From: an uncultured Methanosarcinales archaeon
Lineage (GTDB): Archaea > Nanobdellota > Nanobdellia > Woesearchaeales > CAZXZL01
Assembly: GCA_964645415.1 (NCBI GenBank)
Contig: CAZXZL010000001.1
Span: 1 to 49,775 of the forward strand
DNA: 49,775 nt
Direction: 5' to 3'
Both the position numbers and the translations under genes were made by a program. Position 1 is the stretch's first letter, and every line of letters begins with the position of its first letter. Below the pieces are notes generated by a model, which did not search any database, was not told the origin of the DNA, and saw nothing but the letters and a program-made list of their open reading frames with translations. Of this stretch, positions 32,564 through 42,963 are shown piece by piece.

Positions 32564-32771
32564 CTTAGATGATTTGCTCACAATCTTTATCACAGCTTTT
32601 ATCAAAGCTGGCAAGGATGGTACCATTCTGAAGAATGGAACTGTAGTTTCTATTAAATTCTATTTCTTTTTGCTTCTTTTTTTATAAGCTTCTTTTTTTC
32701 TTTTCTTTAGATGATTTTGCCCTACACACTGCACACTTAATCGAAGATATATTCTTTAGCTAAACACGAAT
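32564..32771 (-). repeat. Dispersed element locus 2: module B plus core copy d (P1 32620-32641, P2 32593-32610)
   Basis: Minus strand reads GCAGTGTGTAGGGCAAAATCATCTAA, CTTATAAA, GTTCCATTC-TTCA-GAATGGTAC, CAGCTTT-GATA-AAAGCTG and GCAAATCATCTAAG. Confidence 0.9.
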
Positions 32772-32848
32772 AAATATTATACTATTGAACGAATAAGTTT
32801 AAACATTTAAAATTTAAACAATTTAAAAGAATGTACAAATTTTAAAAT

Positions 32849-34165
32849 TTACTTTTCTTTTTTATCTTTTTCTTTTCTTTTTTCTAATAATTCCTTATAA
32901 GATTTCACTTGATTTTTAATCATGTTTTCAAATGAATAATTTTCTAGTACGAATTTTCTTCCTTTCTCTGCAATTTTATCATGATCTTTTGATTTATGAT
33001 TTTTCAATACATCTTTTAAAACATTAGCAATTCCTTCTGGGTGTCTATCTTCTTCATTAATTCCTATCCCTATTCCTTTTGAAATATATAAATCATCTAA
33101 GGCTTTAGTTTTTGTCATTATTGGAATTCTTTTATGCATCAATGCCTCACTTGCTGTTAAAGAAAAACTTTCTGCAGTACTTGGTATTATAACATAATCT
33201 GTCCATCTATAATGTTCTTTTAATTTTTCTTTATCAGAAATCCATCCTGTAAATTCAATATTTGATAAGTAATCTTTATGATTATGTTTTTCTTTGTCTG
33301 AAAAATAATCTTTTATTCTTTTTTCAACTTTATTCCTATACTCTTTTACTAAATTTCCTTCTTTATCACCACCAACTAGCTTTATTTTAGCATCTGGATG
33401 TTCTTCAAATACTTGAGGAAGTGATTCTATTAACTCATCAATACCTTTTTCTTTTGCAAACCGTCCAACATATAAAATTCTTTTATCTTTTGGTCTTTCT
33501 GTATACTCTTCAATTTTTTCTACTCCATTAGGGATAACTTTATGTTTGTTTTTATTTTCATTAGCTTTATATTCATTAATTATCTCGTTTTTATAAACAT
33601 CATTCATATGTTGTATTGAATCAGAGATGGTCATAATCTTTTCTTGTCTGTATATAGATGATCCCCAGAAAGTTTCTCCAAATTTTGTAGGATCTTCTAA
33701 AATACCATTATCTAAATAATATTTTAAACATTTGAAATCATTTTTAAGTTGTTCTTCATCGGAATTTTTAGCATTGTTATAATGTGTAAGAAATTCTTTT
33801 TTGACACTTGAATGTACTGTATTTACTATTTTTGTATTTTTCTTATTTTTTACTTTTTCTAAATTTTCAAGTACACCATAGTGAGGAACTCCGTGTACAT
33901 GAACAAGGTCATAATCATCAATTATCTTCTCAAGACCTCCCTCAACTTCTACTTTTTTATTACCATCAATATCTTTTATTAATTCTGATTTTTCTGGTTT
34001 CATCTCTTGATGATTATAATCTGTTAAAAGTGAATGTGATTCAAATTCATCATATTCTTTTAAACCTTTATTCAAATATTTAATTACATTTCCAACTCCA
34101 CCATTAATTGCATTTTTGTTTGTAATATGTAATACTTTTTTATATCCTTCATCTATTTTAATCAC
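32849..34165 (-). CDS. Family 4 glycosyltransferase
   Basis: GGVG, HVHG, IPNGV, YVGRFAKEKG and ESFSLTASEA (EX7E). Confidence 0.92.
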   Translation of the reverse strand: MIKIDEGYKKVLHITNKNAINGGVGNVIKYLNKGLKEYDEFESHSLLTDYNHQEMKPEKSELIKDIDGNKKVEVEGGLEKIIDDYDLVHVHGVPHYGVLENLEKVKNKKNTKIVNTVHSSVKKEFLTHYNNAKNSDEEQLKNDFKCLKYYLDNGILEDPTKFGETFWGSSIYRQEKIMTISDSIQHMNDVYKNEIINEYKANENKNKHKVIPNGVEKIEEYTERPKDKRILYVGRFAKEKGIDELIESLPQVFEEHPDAKIKLVGGDKEGNLVKEYRNKVEKRIKDYFSDKEKHNHKDYLSNIEFTGWISDKEKLKEHYRWTDYVIIPSTAESFSLTASEALMHKRIPIMTKTKALDDLYISKGIGIGINEEDRHPEGIANVLKDVLKNHKSKDHDKIAEKGRKFVLENYSFENMIKNQVKSYKELLEKRKEKDKKEK

Positions 34166-34737
34166 CTACTAAAATTACCTTCATCCCATAATCTTTTATT
34201 ATAATTATTCAATTCATCTTCTGTTATTTCTTTTTCTAAATTCTTTTCCTCTTTTTTGAAAGGATTTATTCCTGTTATATAAAAAATCAATCCTATAAAT
34301 ACACCAAAGACTAATACAAATTGCCAGATCCATGAAATAAATACATATAAAAATTCTAAGTTAAACATTCCAAATAAATATACCCATGAAAAAAATGAAA
34401 TAATTAATACAAATATTGGAACATATTCTGATTTTATAAATTCATTTTCAATATTACTTATTGAAATTATTAGTTGTATGAAGAATGTTATTAAAACTGA
34501 AAAAACAGCTGCTAATATAATCATATTAAAGACATCAACTCTTGATTGTGAAAAAATAAAATGTGCTGAAATAATCATACTAATCATAGCATTGAATCCT
34601 TTTTCATTTTGTGTTCTTGAAAATAACTTGCTTTTTGTTAAAATAGAAAAGCTAATCGTGAAAATTATAACAAATGGAATAATGACTGAAAAAACACCTA
34701 AATCACCCATGAAATTCACGATATTTGTTAATGTCAT
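34162..34737 (-). CDS. Multi-pass membrane protein, hypothetical
   Basis: About 5 TM segments; stop overlaps the GT4 GTG start; first ATG chosen as start. Confidence 0.72.
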   Translation of the reverse strand: MTLTNIVNFMGDLGVFSVIIPFVIIFTISFSILTKSKLFSRTQNEKGFNAMISMIISAHFIFSQSRVDVFNMIILAAVFSVLITFFIQLIISISNIENEFIKSEYVPIFVLIISFFSWVYLFGMFNLEFLYVFISWIWQFVLVFGVFIGLIFYITGINPFKKEEKNLEKEITEDELNNYNKRLWDEGNFSR

Positions 34738-34857
34738 ATAATAAATTAGTTTTTGATATTTATAATATTTTCCTATACTTTTTGATGTATTATAAACTAA
34801 CATTAATTTTTTTATATTATCTCAATCATTTTATAAACTAAAATATCTTAATTAATT

Positions 34858-34871
34858 GAAAGATTTATAAA
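34858..34871 (+). promoter_or_regulatory. BRE-TATA promoter
   Basis: GAAAGA-TTTATAAA, identical to 15388-15401, upstream of the PINA gene. Confidence 0.55.
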
Positions 34872-34911
34872 TGTTAATTATAATCATATTAATGGAAAAC
34901 ATGGTGAAATT

Positions 34912-36777
34912 ATGAAAAAGAATAATAAAAATTTTAAAAAATATAACTTAAAAAGTAAATTAAATTTAGATAAAATTACATTAGATACAAGTATAATTAT
35001 TGAAAAAGTTATTTCTAAAAAATTAAAAAATGATTCTTTAAAAGTTAGTGAAATTTATGTACATGAAGCAACACTTGCAGAACTTGAACATCTAGCTAAT
35101 GATAAAAAAACTATTGGATTTATTGGTTTAGAAGAACTTCAAGAACTTAAAGAGATTTCTGAAAATAAAGGGATTGATATTATTTTTGATGGTGATAGAC
35201 CACATTATAATGATATTGAGAATGCAAAGTCTGGAGCAATTGATTCTTTAATTAGAAACCTTGCTTACAATTCTGGTTCAACTTTACTATCTTGTGATAT
35301 GGTTCAAACTTTAGTTTCAAAAGGTAAAGGTATTGAATCTTATTATTTTGAAGGAACTAAAAAATCTAAGAAGTTAAGTTTTGAAAAATATTTTGATAAA
35401 AAAACAATGAGTGTTCATCTTAGAGAAAATGTTCCTGTTATGGCAAAAAAAGGTCATCCAGGTAATTGGAGTTTTGAGAAAGTTACTAAATCAAATATTA
35501 AAAGAGAAAGAATTATGAATATTGCTTCTGAAATTGTTGAAGCTGCTGAGAGTTCTAATGATGGTTTTTTAGAGATTGAAAGAAAGGGTTCTTCAATTGT
35601 ACAATTGTCAAATTATAGAATTGTTATTACAAGACCTCCTTTTTCAGATCATTGGGAAATTACTATTGTAAGACCTGTAAAAAAACTTAAACTATCTGAT
35701 TATAAATTATCTGATGATTTAAAATCAAGATTACTTGAAAGTGCTGAAGGAATTATTATTTCCGGTGCTCCTGGTCAAGGAAAAAGTACTTTTGCACAAG
35801 CACTTGCTGAACGTTATGATGAAATGGATAAAGTTGTGAAAACTGTTGAAGCACCTAGAGATCTTCAATTATCTGATTCTGTTATTCAATATGCAATGAG
35901 TCATGGTTCTCAAGAAGAGATTCATGATATCTTACTTTTATCAAGACCAGATTATACGATTTATGATGAAATGAGAAATTTAGATGATTTTGAATTATTT
36001 TCTGATATGAGACTTGCTGGTGTTGGAATGATTGGTGTTGTACATGCAACTAATCCAATTGATTCAATCCATAGATTTATTGGAAAAGTTGAATTAGGAA
36101 TGATTCCTCAAATTCTTGATACTGTTGTATATATCAAAGGAGGAGAGGTTTATACTGTTTATAGTATTAAAATGGAAGTTAGAGTCCCTACCGGTATGAC
36201 TGAAAGTGACTTAGCAAGACCTGTTGTATTGATTAGTGATTATGAATCAAAAGAGATTAAATATGAAATTTATTCTTATGGTGAAGAAACAGTTGTTGTT
36301 CCGGTTGATGATGTTGAATCTGATTCAGATCCTGTAAAAAAACTTGCTCAAGAAAAGATAAAAGAGCAATTTGAAGAATATTCTTCTAAAGCAGAAATTA
36401 AATTTATTTCATCTAATAAAATTAAAGTTAAACTTCCTGAAAAAGTAATTGCTCAAGTAATTGGTAAGGGAGGAAAAAATATTGATAAACTTGAAAAAGA
36501 ATTAGGTGTAAGTATTGATGTTCAAGAGTTAGATCCTGATAAGGATACTCCTGTTAAATATCAAGCAGAAATTAGAAAAAGTAAATTAAAGTTATATTTA
36601 CCTAATAAATTCTCTTCAAGAGATGTGATTTTAAAGATTGAAGGTAAAGAGGTAGCAAATGCTAAAGTTGGAAAAGATGGAGTTATTTCATTTAATAGAG
36701 GTTCAGAAGAGAGCCCTGGTGAGATATTAACTCATGCTTTAAATGAAGAAAAAGAAGTTGAAATATATCAAAAGTGA
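34912..36777 (+). CDS. PINc/VapC-family ATPase with KH domain (PINA-like)
   Basis: PIN domain (LDTS), Walker A GAPGQGKST, DEMR and KH GKGG motif. Confidence 0.93.
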   Translation: MKKNNKNFKKYNLKSKLNLDKITLDTSIIIEKVISKKLKNDSLKVSEIYVHEATLAELEHLANDKKTIGFIGLEELQELKEISENKGIDIIFDGDRPHYNDIENAKSGAIDSLIRNLAYNSGSTLLSCDMVQTLVSKGKGIESYYFEGTKKSKKLSFEKYFDKKTMSVHLRENVPVMAKKGHPGNWSFEKVTKSNIKRERIMNIASEIVEAAESSNDGFLEIERKGSSIVQLSNYRIVITRPPFSDHWEITIVRPVKKLKLSDYKLSDDLKSRLLESAEGIIISGAPGQGKSTFAQALAERYDEMDKVVKTVEAPRDLQLSDSVIQYAMSHGSQEEIHDILLLSRPDYTIYDEMRNLDDFELFSDMRLAGVGMIGVVHATNPIDSIHRFIGKVELGMIPQILDTVVYIKGGEVYTVYSIKMEVRVPTGMTESDLARPVVLISDYESKEIKYEIYSYGEETVVVPVDDVESDSDPVKKLAQEKIKEQFEEYSSKAEIKFISSNKIKVKLPEKVIAQVIGKGGKNIDKLEKELGVSIDVQELDPDKDTPVKYQAEIRKSKLKLYLPNKFSSRDVILKIEGKEVANAKVGKDGVISFNRGSEESPGEILTHALNEEKEVEIYQK

Positions 36778-36839
36778 TCTTAGTTAACCACTTTTTGATT
36801 AAAACAATATTATAAAAATATAAAATCCATTTTTTTTAT

Positions 36840-37814
36840 ATGGTTGAATATGACGTAGTGACTTTTGGGAGTAATACAGTTGATTATTTTGTATATAGTG
36901 ATAGTGAATTAATTGAAATAAAAGCACCAAATTTTAATGAGTCATTACTTGCTTATCCTTATGGTTCTAAACAATTAATAAAAGAATTTTCAAAGAGTAT
37001 TGGTGGTGGTGGAACTAATACTTCAGTTGCTTTTTCTAGGTTAAAATTAAATACTGGATATTGTGGTGTTTTAGGAAAGGACACAAATGCAACAGAAGTT
37101 ATGAAAAAATTAAGATCTGAAAAAGTTGATTTTGTTGGTGATGTAATTGATGAATCTACTGGATTTTCAATTATTTTAGATAGTTTTGAAAAAGATAGAA
37201 CTATTTTAACTTATAAAGGAGCAAATAATCACTTAAAATATGAAAATTTAGATCTTTCTAAGTTAAATACAAATTGGTTTTATTTTTCTTCTTTAGTTAA
37301 TGAATCTTTTGAAACTATGAAAAAATTATTTAATTATTCTAAAGAAAATAATATTAATGTTGCATTTAATCCATCAAGTTATCAGGTAGATAAACTTAAA
37401 ATGAATGAAATTGAAAATGTTGATTATTTAATATTTAATAAAGAAGAAGCAGAAAGTTTTTTAAATGTTAAAAAGGAAAATATTTCTTCTATTATTGATG
37501 AACTTTCTAAGTATGTTCACCCTGTCATTACTCATGGAAAAAACGGTGCTTATACTGTTAATGAAGGAGATGTTTATCATATTGTTCCAAACGAAATAGA
37601 GGTTGTTGAATCAACTGGGGCAGGAGATGCTTTTGCATCAGGCTTTATTTTTGGAAGAATTAAAGGTTATAATATTTTAGATTCGTTAAAATTTGGCTTA
37701 CTTAATTCAGAATCAGTTATTACTTATAAAAGTGCAAAAAAAGGCTTACTTCATTATGATGATATTATGAAGAAGTTTAATGAGATGGATTTTGAGATTA
37801 ATAAATTAAATTAG
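36840..37814 (+). CDS. PfkB-family carbohydrate kinase
   Basis: GGGGTNTSVAFSRL, FNP, NKEEA and STGAGDAFASG. Confidence 0.93.
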   Translation: MVEYDVVTFGSNTVDYFVYSDSELIEIKAPNFNESLLAYPYGSKQLIKEFSKSIGGGGTNTSVAFSRLKLNTGYCGVLGKDTNATEVMKKLRSEKVDFVGDVIDESTGFSIILDSFEKDRTILTYKGANNHLKYENLDLSKLNTNWFYFSSLVNESFETMKKLFNYSKENNINVAFNPSSYQVDKLKMNEIENVDYLIFNKEEAESFLNVKKENISSIIDELSKYVHPVITHGKNGAYTVNEGDVYHIVPNEIEVVESTGAGDAFASGFIFGRIKGYNILDSLKFGLLNSESVITYKSAKKGLLHYDDIMKKFNEMDFEINKLN

Positions 37815-37831
37815 TAATTATTTTTGGTGTA

Positions 37832-39160
37832 ATGATGTCAGGTAAAATTAATAATTCATGGAAAAATGTAAAAAAAAAACAAAAAGAAAAAATATTTAAT
37901 TATTCTGAGGGATATAAAAATTTTCTAAATAATTGTAAGACAGTTAGAGAAACTATTAGTTTTATTGAAACTAAAGCAAAAGAGTCAGGATATGAAAATA
38001 TAGAAAATAAATATAACTTAAAAAAAGGAGATAAAGTTTTTTTTAAAAAAAATAATGAATCAATCTTTCTTGCAAAAATAATGAAAAATGATCTTAACAT
38101 AATTGTAAGTCATGTTGATTCTCCAAGACTTGATTTAAAACCAAAACCTTTAGTAGAAAAAGGAGGATTAGCTTTTTTTAAAACACATTATTATGGTGGA
38201 ATTAAAAAGTACCAATGGGTAAATATTCCTTTAGAATTAAGAGGGGTTGTTATAACAAGTAAAGGTAAAATTAGAATTCGTGAAGAAGTTGATTTTACTA
38301 TTTCTGATCTTTTAATTCATTTATCTAAAAAACAATTAAAAAAGAAAGCTAAAGAAGTAATTGGAGGAGAAAATCTTAATGTGATTTTAGCGAATATGCC
38401 AAATAATGATAGTATGAAAGAAAATGTATTATATCATCTTAATAAAAAATATGGTTTAGTTGAAGAAGATTTAATTACTTCTGATTTAAATTTTGTTCCA
38501 AAATTTAAACCTAATGATGTTGGTTTTGATAAGAGTATGATTGGAGGTTATGGTCATGATGATCGAAGTTGTGTTTATAATTCATTGAAAGCTTTTTTAG
38601 ATACAAATAATTCAATTAGAACTAATATTGCGATGTTTGTTGATAAAGAGGAAGTAGGTTCAGATGGGAATAGTGGTGCTAAATCAAGACAGATTGAATA
38701 TTTTATTGAATTAATTAAATCAAAATGTAATTGGAAAAAATCAATTAATGAATTATTATTAAATACAAATGCAATATCTGCAGATGTTACTTCAGCATAT
38801 GATCCCTTCTTTTCAGATTCATATGATCCTTCTAATTCAACATATCTTGGTGATGGGGTAGCAATAAAAAAGTATACTGGTTCACGTGGTAAATCTCGCA
38901 CAAATGAATCTAATGCAGAGTATTTTTATCGTTTTAGGGAATTATCTAAAAATGAAAAAATTAATTGGCAAACAGGTGAGATAGGTAAAATTGATTTAGG
39001 TGGAGGAGGTACTGTTGCAAAATTTCTTGCTAAATTAGGATTAGATATCGTTGATGTAGGTATACCTGTATTAGGAATGCATTCTCCATATGAGATTATT
39101 AGTAAATTAGATTTATATGAGTGTTATCGTTTATTTAATAAATTCTATGAAAAATTTTAA
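37832..39160 (+). CDS. M18-family aminopeptidase
   Basis: HVDSPRLDLKP, THYYGGIKKYQW, DDR, DKEEVGS, SADV and MHSPYE. Confidence 0.93.
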   Translation: MMSGKINNSWKNVKKKQKEKIFNYSEGYKNFLNNCKTVRETISFIETKAKESGYENIENKYNLKKGDKVFFKKNNESIFLAKIMKNDLNIIVSHVDSPRLDLKPKPLVEKGGLAFFKTHYYGGIKKYQWVNIPLELRGVVITSKGKIRIREEVDFTISDLLIHLSKKQLKKKAKEVIGGENLNVILANMPNNDSMKENVLYHLNKKYGLVEEDLITSDLNFVPKFKPNDVGFDKSMIGGYGHDDRSCVYNSLKAFLDTNNSIRTNIAMFVDKEEVGSDGNSGAKSRQIEYFIELIKSKCNWKKSINELLLNTNAISADVTSAYDPFFSDSYDPSNSTYLGDGVAIKKYTGSRGKSRTNESNAEYFYRFRELSKNEKINWQTGEIGKIDLGGGGTVAKFLAKLGLDIVDVGIPVLGMHSPYEIISKLDLYECYRLFNKFYEKF

Positions 39161-39198
39161 TCATCTTTTTTTTAATATTAGAAAAATGTAAAGATATA

Positions 39199-39478
39199 AT
39201 CTACGTTTTATCTTCTTCGAAAAAAATTATTTTTGTTAAACTAAAGTGTATGTATTCGTATAAGTGCAGTGTGTAGGGCAAAATCATCTAAAAAAAAATA
39301 ATAGGAGCTTATAAAAACAAAAATAGAAACAAATAAAATAATATGGGAACTAACGTGCTATACGAAGTATAGTACCATCCTAACCAATTTCTATTAAATC
39401 TTTGATTTAAAGATTCTAAAAACTTTGTTTTTAGTAATTGATAAAAATTGTGATAAAGATTGTGAGCAAATCATCTAA
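39199..39478 (+). repeat. Dispersed element locus 3: module C, module B and core copy e (P1 39355-39375; P2 with 48-nt insert)
   Basis: ATCTACGTTTTATCTTCTTCGA, TATGTATTCGTATAAGTGCAGTGTGTAGGGCAAAATCATCTAA, GTGCTATAC-GAA-GTATAGTAC and GCAAATCATCTAA. Confidence 0.9.
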
Positions 39479-39519
39479 AGAAAAGAAAAAAATAAATTAT
39501 TCTATTAGTTTTTTTAAAT

Positions 39520-40113
39520 ATGGTTTTAAAAGCTGACTTTTTTAATACTGATGCAATTTCTCTAGCAAAAAAATTATTAGGAAAAATAATTGTACGAGAG
39601 ATAAATGATAATATAATTAAATGTATGATTGTTGAAACTGAAGCATATGTTGGTCCAAAGGATAAGGCTTGTCATGCTTTTAATAATAAAAGAACTAAAC
39701 GAACAGAAGTAATGTTTTGGGATTCAGGATTTAGTTATGTATATCTAATTTATGGTATGTATTATTGTTTTAATATAGTTGCATCAGATAAGGAAAAACC
39801 AGAGGCAGTTTTAATCAGAGCAGTAGAACCAATTGAAGGAGTTGATTTAATAAAAGAAAATAGAAAAATAAAGTCAAATAAAATAAAAGACTTAACAAAT
39901 GGTCCTGGAAAACTTTGTCAAGCTCTATCAATTGATAAAACTTTTAATGGTTTTAACTTAACTAAAGGAGATAAATTATATCTTGAAAATGGAGATAAAA
40001 TTAATGAAACTAAAATTGAATCTTCACCAAGAATAAATATTGATTATGCTGAAGAATATATTGATAAGAAGTGGCGTTTTTTTATAAAAAATAACAATTT
40101 TCTATCTAAATAA
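39520..40113 (+). CDS. 3-methyladenine DNA glycosylase (MPG/AAG family)
   Basis: IVETEAY, DKACHA, YVYLIYGMYYCFN, AVLIRA, TNGPGKLCQAL and PRINI. Confidence 0.95.
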   Translation: MVLKADFFNTDAISLAKKLLGKIIVREINDNIIKCMIVETEAYVGPKDKACHAFNNKRTKRTEVMFWDSGFSYVYLIYGMYYCFNIVASDKEKPEAVLIRAVEPIEGVDLIKENRKIKSNKIKDLTNGPGKLCQALSIDKTFNGFNLTKGDKLYLENGDKINETKIESSPRINIDYAEEYIDKKWRFFIKNNNFLSK

Positions 40114-40198
40114 GTTCAATAATTTATCATTTTATAGAAATTTATTTATAGAATTAAATATTCAACCATACTTGTGTCATAGTTTTGGTGTAAAAAAT

Positions 40199-41233
40199 AT
40201 GGAATATAAAAAATATTTTTTTGAAAATCTATTAGATAATTCTTCTTTAAATGAAATTATTGGTCAGACAAAAATTAAAAATCAATTGAAATCTGCTCTT
40301 TTTACAGAGAGAAATGTTTTATTAGTCGGTCCACCAGGTGTTGGTAAGACAACTTTAGCAAAATCTGTTGCTAGATTACTTCCTGAGATTAAAGCAATGA
40401 ATTGTGGTTTTAATTGTCTTCCAAAAATCCCTTTATGTCCAATGTGTCTTGATGAAAAATCTGAAAAAGAGGTGTCTGTGCCTGGTGAAGAGAGGTTTGT
40501 AAGAATTCAAGGATCTCCTGATTTAACTGTTGAAGATATTTTAGGTGATATCGATCCAGTAAAAGCATTAGAATATGGTCCGACTAGTCTTGAAGCTTTT
40601 AAACCAGGTAAAATTTTCAAAGCAAATAACGGAATATTGTTTTTTGATGAAGTTAATAGAGCTCCTGAAAGAGTTCAAAATTCTTTACTTCAAGTTCTTG
40701 CTGAAGGAAAAGCAACTTTATCAAATTATGATATTGATTTTCCAGCAAATTTAATATTAATTGCTACTATGAATCCAGAAGATTCATCTACAGAACCACT
40801 TTCTGATGTTTTTCTAGATAGATTTGATGTAATTCATGTTGGTTATCCTGAAAGATTTGACGAAGAAAAACTTATCGTTCCTAATAATTCAAATCCAATT
40901 CAAGATGTGGATTTTCCAGAAGATGTTTTAGATACTTTAGTTAAATTCATTAGAGAACTTAGAGATGATGTAAACTTAGAAAAAAAACCTAGTGTGAGGG
41001 CAAGTATTGGTATGTATGAAAGAATGTCTTCAACAGCATTTCTAAAAAATAAAGAATCTGTAGATCTTAATGATATGAAGGAAAACTTAATTTCAGTTCT
41101 TTCTCACAGATTAAGATTAAATCCTAGTAAGAAATATACTGAGGATACTGATGATTATATTCTGAGAAAATTCAAGAATTTCTTACAGAGAAATAAAATC
41201 GACCTTCCAAAGGAGTCAGGTGATTCACCCTGA
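40199..41233 (+). CDS. ChlI/MoxR-like AAA+ ATPase
   Basis: GPPGVGKT, Cys-rich insert, RIQGSPDLT, FFDEVNR, ATMNP, DRF and SVRA. Confidence 0.9.
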   Translation: MEYKKYFFENLLDNSSLNEIIGQTKIKNQLKSALFTERNVLLVGPPGVGKTTLAKSVARLLPEIKAMNCGFNCLPKIPLCPMCLDEKSEKEVSVPGEERFVRIQGSPDLTVEDILGDIDPVKALEYGPTSLEAFKPGKIFKANNGILFFDEVNRAPERVQNSLLQVLAEGKATLSNYDIDFPANLILIATMNPEDSSTEPLSDVFLDRFDVIHVGYPERFDEEKLIVPNNSNPIQDVDFPEDVLDTLVKFIRELRDDVNLEKKPSVRASIGMYERMSSTAFLKNKESVDLNDMKENLISVLSHRLRLNPSKKYTEDTDDYILRKFKNFLQRNKIDLPKESGDSP

Positions 41234-42380
41234 AAAATCCTTAAAAAAGAGAACAAAAAAACAAAATAAAAAAAAGGATAGAGTATTAGGTAAAGATAAA
41301 AAGACTTCATTAACAGAAAAAGATTCTGAAAAAAGAGAAAAAGGAGAAATTGTAAATGAAATGATAAATCAAGGTTTTCCTTTTGTACCTGATGTAATGT
41401 TTGAAAACATTGTTGATAATTATGAACAAGCAGTTGAAACATACGGAGAGACAATTATTAGATTAGTTTCTGGTTATTCTCCAGGTTATATTGAAAAAAA
41501 TATAGATATTCCTGAATTTAAAAGAGAACTTAAAAGTAAGTTAGATGAAAAACAAGATGAATTAAAGAAAATTCAAGATGGTAAAAAATTCAAGGAAGAA
41601 TATATTGATGTTGCAACACGTGTTTTAATTGTTGAAGAACTTTCTAAATTTAAAAATTTATTAAATCGTGACTTTTCAAAAGAAAATAAAAATAATACTG
41701 GTAGTGTAACAGGAACTATACCTTATAAGATAAAAAAGAAAAGTGATATTAATGTTAGAAAAACAATTAGAAAAGCGGTTGGTAGAAATAAAAATAAAAT
41801 CGATGCTAATGACCTTTTAGTTAATGAAAGAAAATCAGATGAAAAACCAAATGTAATATATGCTGTAGATTCTAGTTCAAGTATGAAAGGTTTTAAAATT
41901 CATGCTGCAAAAAAAGCTGCTGTTGCTCTTTCATATAAAACAATTAATGATAAAGGTAAAATTTCATTACTTTCTTTTTCAACTCAATCAAATAATCTTA
42001 CTGGTTTTTTAGAAGATTTTTATTTCTTTGCTAAAAAATTAACTGAAATTAAACCTAATGGTGAAACAAATATTGCAAATGCAATAAATGAATCTATTAG
42101 TAAATTTAAAGATAAAAAAAATAAAATATTATTTTTAATAACTGATTTTGAACCAACTAGTGGAGAAGAACCAGTACAAGATGCAATTAAGGCAGCTTCT
42201 ATATTACGTGATTCAAATGTAAAACTTGTATTAGTTGGTATTGATTTAAGTGATGATGGAAAAGATGTTGCTGAAAGAATTGCAGAAGTTTCTGAAGGAG
42301 AATTTATGTTACTAAATACTGATGCTTTGAAAGATTTAGATATTATTTTACTTGAAAAATATTCAGAATTAGTTAAATAA
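41220..42380 (+). CDS. vWA-domain protein (ChlD C-terminus-like)
   Basis: MIDAS DSSSS, GETNI and ITD; AGGAG SD before the GTG start. Confidence 0.88.
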   Translation: MIHPEKSLKKRTKKQNKKKDRVLGKDKKTSLTEKDSEKREKGEIVNEMINQGFPFVPDVMFENIVDNYEQAVETYGETIIRLVSGYSPGYIEKNIDIPEFKRELKSKLDEKQDELKKIQDGKKFKEEYIDVATRVLIVEELSKFKNLLNRDFSKENKNNTGSVTGTIPYKIKKKSDINVRKTIRKAVGRNKNKIDANDLLVNERKSDEKPNVIYAVDSSSSMKGFKIHAAKKAAVALSYKTINDKGKISLLSFSTQSNNLTGFLEDFYFFAKKLTEIKPNGETNIANAINESISKFKDKKNKILFLITDFEPTSGEEPVQDAIKAASILRDSNVKLVLVGIDLSDDGKDVAERIAEVSEGEFMLLNTDALKDLDIILLEKYSELVK

Positions 42381-42405
42381 AAAAAAGAAAAAAATTTAAT
42401 TGAAT

Positions 42406-42882
42406 TTACTCAATTAAAGTTTCAATCTCTTCAATCAAAGAATCAATTTCATCAATTAATTCATCTTCAGTTATTTCACCAAGATTATATTTTTCTTCAA
42501 TTTCAAAAAACTTAGTCTCTATCTCAATTAATTCTTCTTGGTATGTTTCAAAATTTCCTTGTTCTTGAATTTCTAAAAACTTTGAATCAAGTTCCATAAT
42601 TTTTTGAATTACTTCATCATCTTCATCAAATTGCTCAGGAACTTCTTGTTGATCTTGAGTTTCTTCTTGGATTTCTTCTTCTATTTGTTCTTCAATTTCA
42701 TCAATATCGTCTTCAAATTCATCTGGTATTTCATCAACTTCATCTTCTACTTCGTAAGTTTCTTCTTCAATATCTTCTTCTATTTCTTGATCTTCATAAA
42801 CTGTTTCTTGTTCATTCATACAACCTGAAAGAATAAATATTCCAATTAAAAACACCGCAATTAATGTTATTTTCTTTTTCAT
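42406..42882 (-). CDS. Highly acidic putative lipoprotein
   Basis: MKKK, hydrophobic stretch and LSGC lipobox-like motif; Glu/Asp-rich body; GAGGT SD. Confidence 0.75.
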   Translation of the reverse strand: MKKKITLIAVFLIGIFILSGCMNEQETVYEDQEIEEDIEEETYEVEDEVDEIPDEFEDDIDEIEEQIEEEIQEETQDQQEVPEQFDEDDEVIQKIMELDSKFLEIQEQGNFETYQEELIEIETKFFEIEEKYNLGEITEDELIDEIDSLIEEIETLIE

Positions 42883-42963
42883 CTTAAATTAAACCTCTTA
42901 TGTTATTTAAACATATAAAAATAAAAAATAAAAAAATAAAATTTTTATTTATCATAAAGATCC

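Noticed and set aside
33090..33101. AAATCATCTAAG inside the GT4 gene as another element copy
   Set aside because: No hairpins or modules nearby; a chance match is plausible in AT-rich coding DNA
41166..41233. Programmed frameshift fusing the AAA+ and vWA genes (as in some chlD genes)
   Set aside because: The vWA gene is in the +1 frame, has its own AGGAG SD and GTG start, and no clear slippery run lies in the overlap; not fully excluded
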